Shown in pieces: positions 60,851-64,000 of a stretch of DNA of 64,000 nt. Position 1 is the stretch's first letter; the number at the start of each line of letters is the position of its first letter. This DNA comes from an uncultured Chloroflexia bacterium (GTDB lineage: Bacteria > Chloroflexota > Limnocylindria > Limnocylindrales > CSP1-4). The notes beneath the pieces are model-generated. The model did no database searches, was not told the origin of the DNA, and was given only the letters and a program-made list of their open reading frames with translations. The DNA is taken from positions 928,001 through 992,000 of the forward strand of contig OY970218.1 in NCBI GenBank assembly GCA_963713975.1. Reading direction: 5' to 3'. The position numbers and the translations under genes are program-made.

Positions 60851-61918
60851 CTACGGGAAGCCGTCGGCCTCCTCGTCCCACGGGCGATCCAGCGCGCCGC
60901 GGATCGCACCGGTCACGGGATCGACGAGGACGCCGTGGATACGAGGCGGCTTGGACTCGTACCAGGGCATCACCCCCACCTCCCACACGTCGGCCGCCGG
61001 GTCGTACCACAGGATCTCCTCGCGACCGTTCCCCAGGTCCTGCGTCTCCAGGTACGCGACGAACGACGGGTCCGCGAGCGCCGCGTCGATGACCTCGGGC
61101 GGCGTGAGGCGCTGGCCCTGCGCGCCGTCGACGATCCAGGCCGGGATGCCCAGTTCGAGCTTGCGGTCGGTGATGACCTCGGGTTCCCGGTGCCCGCGCC
61201 AGTAGTAGCCAGCGAAGCCGGTGATGGTCGCGGGCCCATCGGGCGGGAGTCCGCGCTTCACGTCGGCATACCCGGACCACCACAGCGTCCGACGGACCGC
61301 CTGCCCGGGCCGGATGATCTCGGTGATGCCGATGTCGGTGCAGCCGTAGGAGCCGGCTCCCAGCATCGCCCTGGGGACGAAGTTCAGTGCGGCGGGCCGC
61401 GGGCGATCGGTCGTGACGTACACGTTCAGCAGCCGGTTCTTGAACGACAGCGCCTGACCCGTCTGGTCGATGCCGGGCGGCCAGTCCATCTCGGACTGGC
61501 CATGGACCACCACGCTCGTCGCGCAGCCATCGTGGAGCCAGGTCACGTCATCCGTCCCCAGGTTGCTGACCGTCGTCCTGACCCAGCTGGGCTCGCCGGC
61601 CCGCAGCGGGTTCCGCTGGAGCTCCATCCGGACGCGGATGCCATCCTGCTCGGTCACCGCCACCCGCGGCAGCGAGTCCGGGGGCTCCGTCGGTGCGGTT
61701 GAGCCGGACGGCGTTGGTCCCGGCGAAGGGGTCGCGACCGGCGAGGCTGTCGCAGGCGGCGCGTCCGGCGGCGCAGAGGGAGACGGGGACGCGAGCGCGA
61801 CCGGGGAGGCCGGGGGTGCAGGGTTTGCGGTTGCCCTATCGGTCGAATCGGCCACACCGTCGCAGGCGGCAAGGAGCACGGAGGCGAGCAGCAGGACGGC
61901 CACACCACGAGCACGCAT
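60851..61918 (-). CDS. Hypothetical lipoprotein with Pro/Ser/Thr linker
   Basis: VLLLASVLLAAC lipobox. Confidence 0.7.
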   Translation of the reverse strand: MRARGVAVLLLASVLLAACDGVADSTDRATANPAPPASPVALASPSPSAPPDAPPATASPVATPSPGPTPSGSTAPTEPPDSLPRVAVTEQDGIRVRMELQRNPLRAGEPSWVRTTVSNLGTDDVTWLHDGCATSVVVHGQSEMDWPPGIDQTGQALSFKNRLLNVYVTTDRPRPAALNFVPRAMLGAGSYGCTDIGITEIIRPGQAVRRTLWWSGYADVKRGLPPDGPATITGFAGYYWRGHREPEVITDRKLELGIPAWIVDGAQGQRLTPPEVIDAALADPSFVAYLETQDLGNGREEILWYDPAADVWEVGVMPWYESKPPRIHGVLVDPVTGAIRGALDRPWDEEADGFP

Positions 61919-61990
61919 CGGCAGATCCCTGGGTACGGACACGCACAGGGGACGATACACGTCCCGCGGGACACCGGGACCGTTGGCGCC

Positions 61991-62019
61991 TTGACCGCGA
62001 CCGGCGACGCTCGTACAGT
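61991..62019 (+). promoter_or_regulatory. Sigma70-type promoter
   Basis: TTGACC-17bp-TACAGT upstream of lipoprotein at 62088. Confidence 0.55.
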
Positions 62020-62087
62020 GCGGCCGCCGCACCGGGGACCGGGGGTCCGCGCGGTGACTACGTCCCTCGGCGTAAAAGGAACCACCA

Positions 62088-62738
62088 ATGACGATCGATC
62101 GACGCCTGATCGCAGGCGCGCTGGGCCTCACCATGGTGCTCGCCGCGTGTGGCGGCACATCCACGGCCACAACGGACCCGGCAGCCACGGCCGCAGCCAC
62201 CGACGCCCCAACGGATGAGCCCGCCGCCACGCCCGAGATGACCGAGGAACCGCAGGCAACCGATGAGCCCGCAGCCACCGACGACGGCGGCGGCACACTC
62301 GGCGGCCAGGTCAACGACCTCGCCGCCATGCTGCCCGAGAAGGTCGGCGACATCACGTTCGAGCGTGTCGGCTACGACGGCAGCCAGCTGGGCCTCGTCG
62401 GGGCGGCAGCGGGCCTCAGCGGCAGCGAGCTGGACCCGATCCTCAAAGCCAAGGGCAAGACGCTCAACGACGTGAACTTCGCGATCGCCACGTCCGCGGG
62501 CGGGACCGGCGGCATGATCTACGCGATCCAGATCGAGGGCCTGGACGCGAGCGAGTTCGCCGCGAGCTTGGGCATGGACCCGGGCTCGATGCCCAAGACG
62601 ACGCTGGGCGGCAAGTCGGTCTACGGCGAGGCGGCGGGCGGCTTCGGCGCGTTCGCCTACCCCAAGGACGACAAGCTGTTCATGGTGCTGCTCATGGACG
62701 AGCAGGCTGCGGCCTCGGTCTTCGAACAGCTTCCCTGA
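62088..62738 (+). CDS. Hypothetical lipoprotein
   Basis: LTMVLAAC lipobox, acidic Thr/Pro linker, AAGGA RBS. Confidence 0.8.
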   Translation: MTIDRRLIAGALGLTMVLAACGGTSTATTDPAATAAATDAPTDEPAATPEMTEEPQATDEPAATDDGGGTLGGQVNDLAAMLPEKVGDITFERVGYDGSQLGLVGAAAGLSGSELDPILKAKGKTLNDVNFAIATSAGGTGGMIYAIQIEGLDASEFAASLGMDPGSMPKTTLGGKSVYGEAAGGFGAFAYPKDDKLFMVLLMDEQAAASVFEQLP

Positions 62739-62775
62739 TCCGGGGGCGGCCCGGCCGTCCGCTACCAGAGAACAC

Positions 62776-62804
62776 GAACCCGGCCGGGCAGCCCGGCCGG
62801 GTTC
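62776..62804. terminator. Hairpin between convergent genes
   Basis: GAACCCGGCCGGG-CAG-CCCGGCCGGGTTC. Confidence 0.6.
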
Positions 62805-62822
62805 TCGCTTGCCGGCCCCGGT

Positions 62823-63998
62823 TCAGCGCAGGACGATGAACCCGTCCACGCCAACCGTCGGGCGGCCCGCCGTGCCCGAGACCACCACACGGATCGTGTG
62901 GATCCCACGCGCGCTCCAGTGCTTCCTGAACACGATGCGGGCGGGTGCGTCTGCTGTGGCAGCCAGGTCAACGGTCTTGGAGAGCTCCCCATCCACGTAG
63001 ACCTTGGCCTTGCCATGCCCGGGCCCACGCTCGGCGATCCAGGCGAGGTCCCTGCCGCTGAACGTGAAGCGGGCCGCGGACCCGGCAACGACCGACTCGC
63101 GAAGGGAGCCGCCACGGGCTGTCGCATCCGCGACGATCGTCCACGCTGGGGTGTAGCGGATCGCGGTCGACGCGTCCCCGGCCATGCGGACCCTGAAGGT
63201 GGGTCCGTACTGCCAGCGGCCGACGTTGCCGTACTTGTCGATCGCCCGCACCCGGTAGCGATACGCATGGCCGGCGACGAGCGACTGGGTCGTGGTCTTG
63301 ACCTTGGCGGAGACGACCCGCTTCCAGGCACCGCCGTCGGCACTCCGATCCAACTGGTACTTCGCGATCCCCCAGCCGCGGTCAGAGCCATCCCACGTGA
63401 TCGTCGCGGGGACCGACGCGCCGCCCGCGGCCCCGGAGCCGACGTGCTGCCGTGGCGTCGTCGTGGTCGGCCGGTAGGAGTCGCGATAGCGGACCGGGGG
63501 GTCGTACATCGCATAGAAGAAGAGTCCGGACATCCGCTGCCAGCCGACCACGAGGTTCCCCGCCCGGCGAGGCGTGATGGTCAGCGTCGAGCCGCCATGG
63601 ACCTCCCAGACATCGGGGTTGTCTCCGGATCCCAGCCAGGCACGCCAGACGCTGCTGGAGCCGGCGGACGCGCCCCCGATCAGGTATCGCGTGTAGGTGA
63701 CGGGATTGCCGACGATGGGCGTGTACGTGCTGGGCAGCACCTGGGCGATCGGCAGGTTGGACGAGGTGATCCGGCGCTCGGTGCCGTCCTGGGCCGCATC
63801 GAACCGGACATGGGCACCTCCGCCGAATGCGATCTCGCCGTCCTCCTCCGGGGTGCCGACGGTGACGTACAGCTCGAACTGGCGGTACGGCACCCATGGC
63901 AGCCTGAAGGTCCAGGTCGGGCAAGTCCCACTGACCGCGTGGGCATCGAAGCCAAGGGCGCCGAAGGTCTCATCGTAGTCGTTCTGGAGGAGCGACCG
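62823..63998 (-). CDS. Probable secreted protein, C-terminal part with FN3-like and beta-sandwich domains; start outside window
   Basis: Frame is open to window end; W.GSD...I..Y.L..S.DGG.W, Y.YRVRA.D..GN, F.G...W....GP..G.A.VYVDG. Confidence 0.7.
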   Translation of the reverse strand, partial: RSLLQNDYDETFGALGFDAHAVSGTCPTWTFRLPWVPYRQFELYVTVGTPEEDGEIAFGGGAHVRFDAAQDGTERRITSSNLPIAQVLPSTYTPIVGNPVTYTRYLIGGASAGSSSVWRAWLGSGDNPDVWEVHGGSTLTITPRRAGNLVVGWQRMSGLFFYAMYDPPVRYRDSYRPTTTTPRQHVGSGAAGGASVPATITWDGSDRGWGIAKYQLDRSADGGAWKRVVSAKVKTTTQSLVAGHAYRYRVRAIDKYGNVGRWQYGPTFRVRMAGDASTAIRYTPAWTIVADATARGGSLRESVVAGSAARFTFSGRDLAWIAERGPGHGKAKVYVDGELSKTVDLAATADAPARIVFRKHWSARGIHTIRVVVSGTAGRPTVGVDGFIVLR

Positions 63999-64000
63999 GT

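Overview
GC-rich bacterial chromosomal window with about 68 supportable CDSs. No tRNA, rRNA, CRISPR array, transposase or integrase was recognised. Gene content and the many apparently leaderless genes suggest Chloroflexota (Limnocylindria-like), but this is inference only. Main blocks: (1) pdxS-pdxT-GNAT-ycf45-like operon; (2) a compact bacterial microcompartment operon of the sugar-phosphate-utilisation (SPU) type at 6047-12670: SorC regulator, RpiB, DeoC and acylating aldehyde dehydrogenase (each enzyme with an N-terminal encapsulation-peptide-like helix), 1 BMC-H, 2 BMC-T and 3 BMC-P; (3) HNH-CCA enzyme-TPR-galE; (4) two back-to-back TadE-TadE-TadG cassettes; (5) a DNA-ligase-like domain with its catalytic residues substituted; (6) glucosylglycerate cluster (Ggs-like GT, USP-USP-GpgS fusion, glycerate kinase), then Phd-VapC TA, Nth and nucleoside hydrolase; (7) xfp-ackA-USP; (8) Rrf2-sufC-sufS-sufU-MoeB/rhodanese-JAB operon lacking sufB/sufD, where two genes appear to need CTG starts; (9) large GAF/GGDEF/EAL protein, BI-1, PduO, DUF59, OsmC, pabB-pabC-like, DmpA, DUF2161, kamA and lipoproteins. 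Most notable: the BMC enzymes have atypical features (RpiB DGAGIG instead of CGTGIG, a 4-Cys linker in DeoC, an Arg-rich BMC-P tail); two diverged copies of a 164-bp intergenic element made of four 41-bp units in identical forward-forward-reverse-reverse geometry; and a 12-bp inverted repeat between the mirrored Tad cassettes. All product calls come from motif recognition by eye; no database searches were run.
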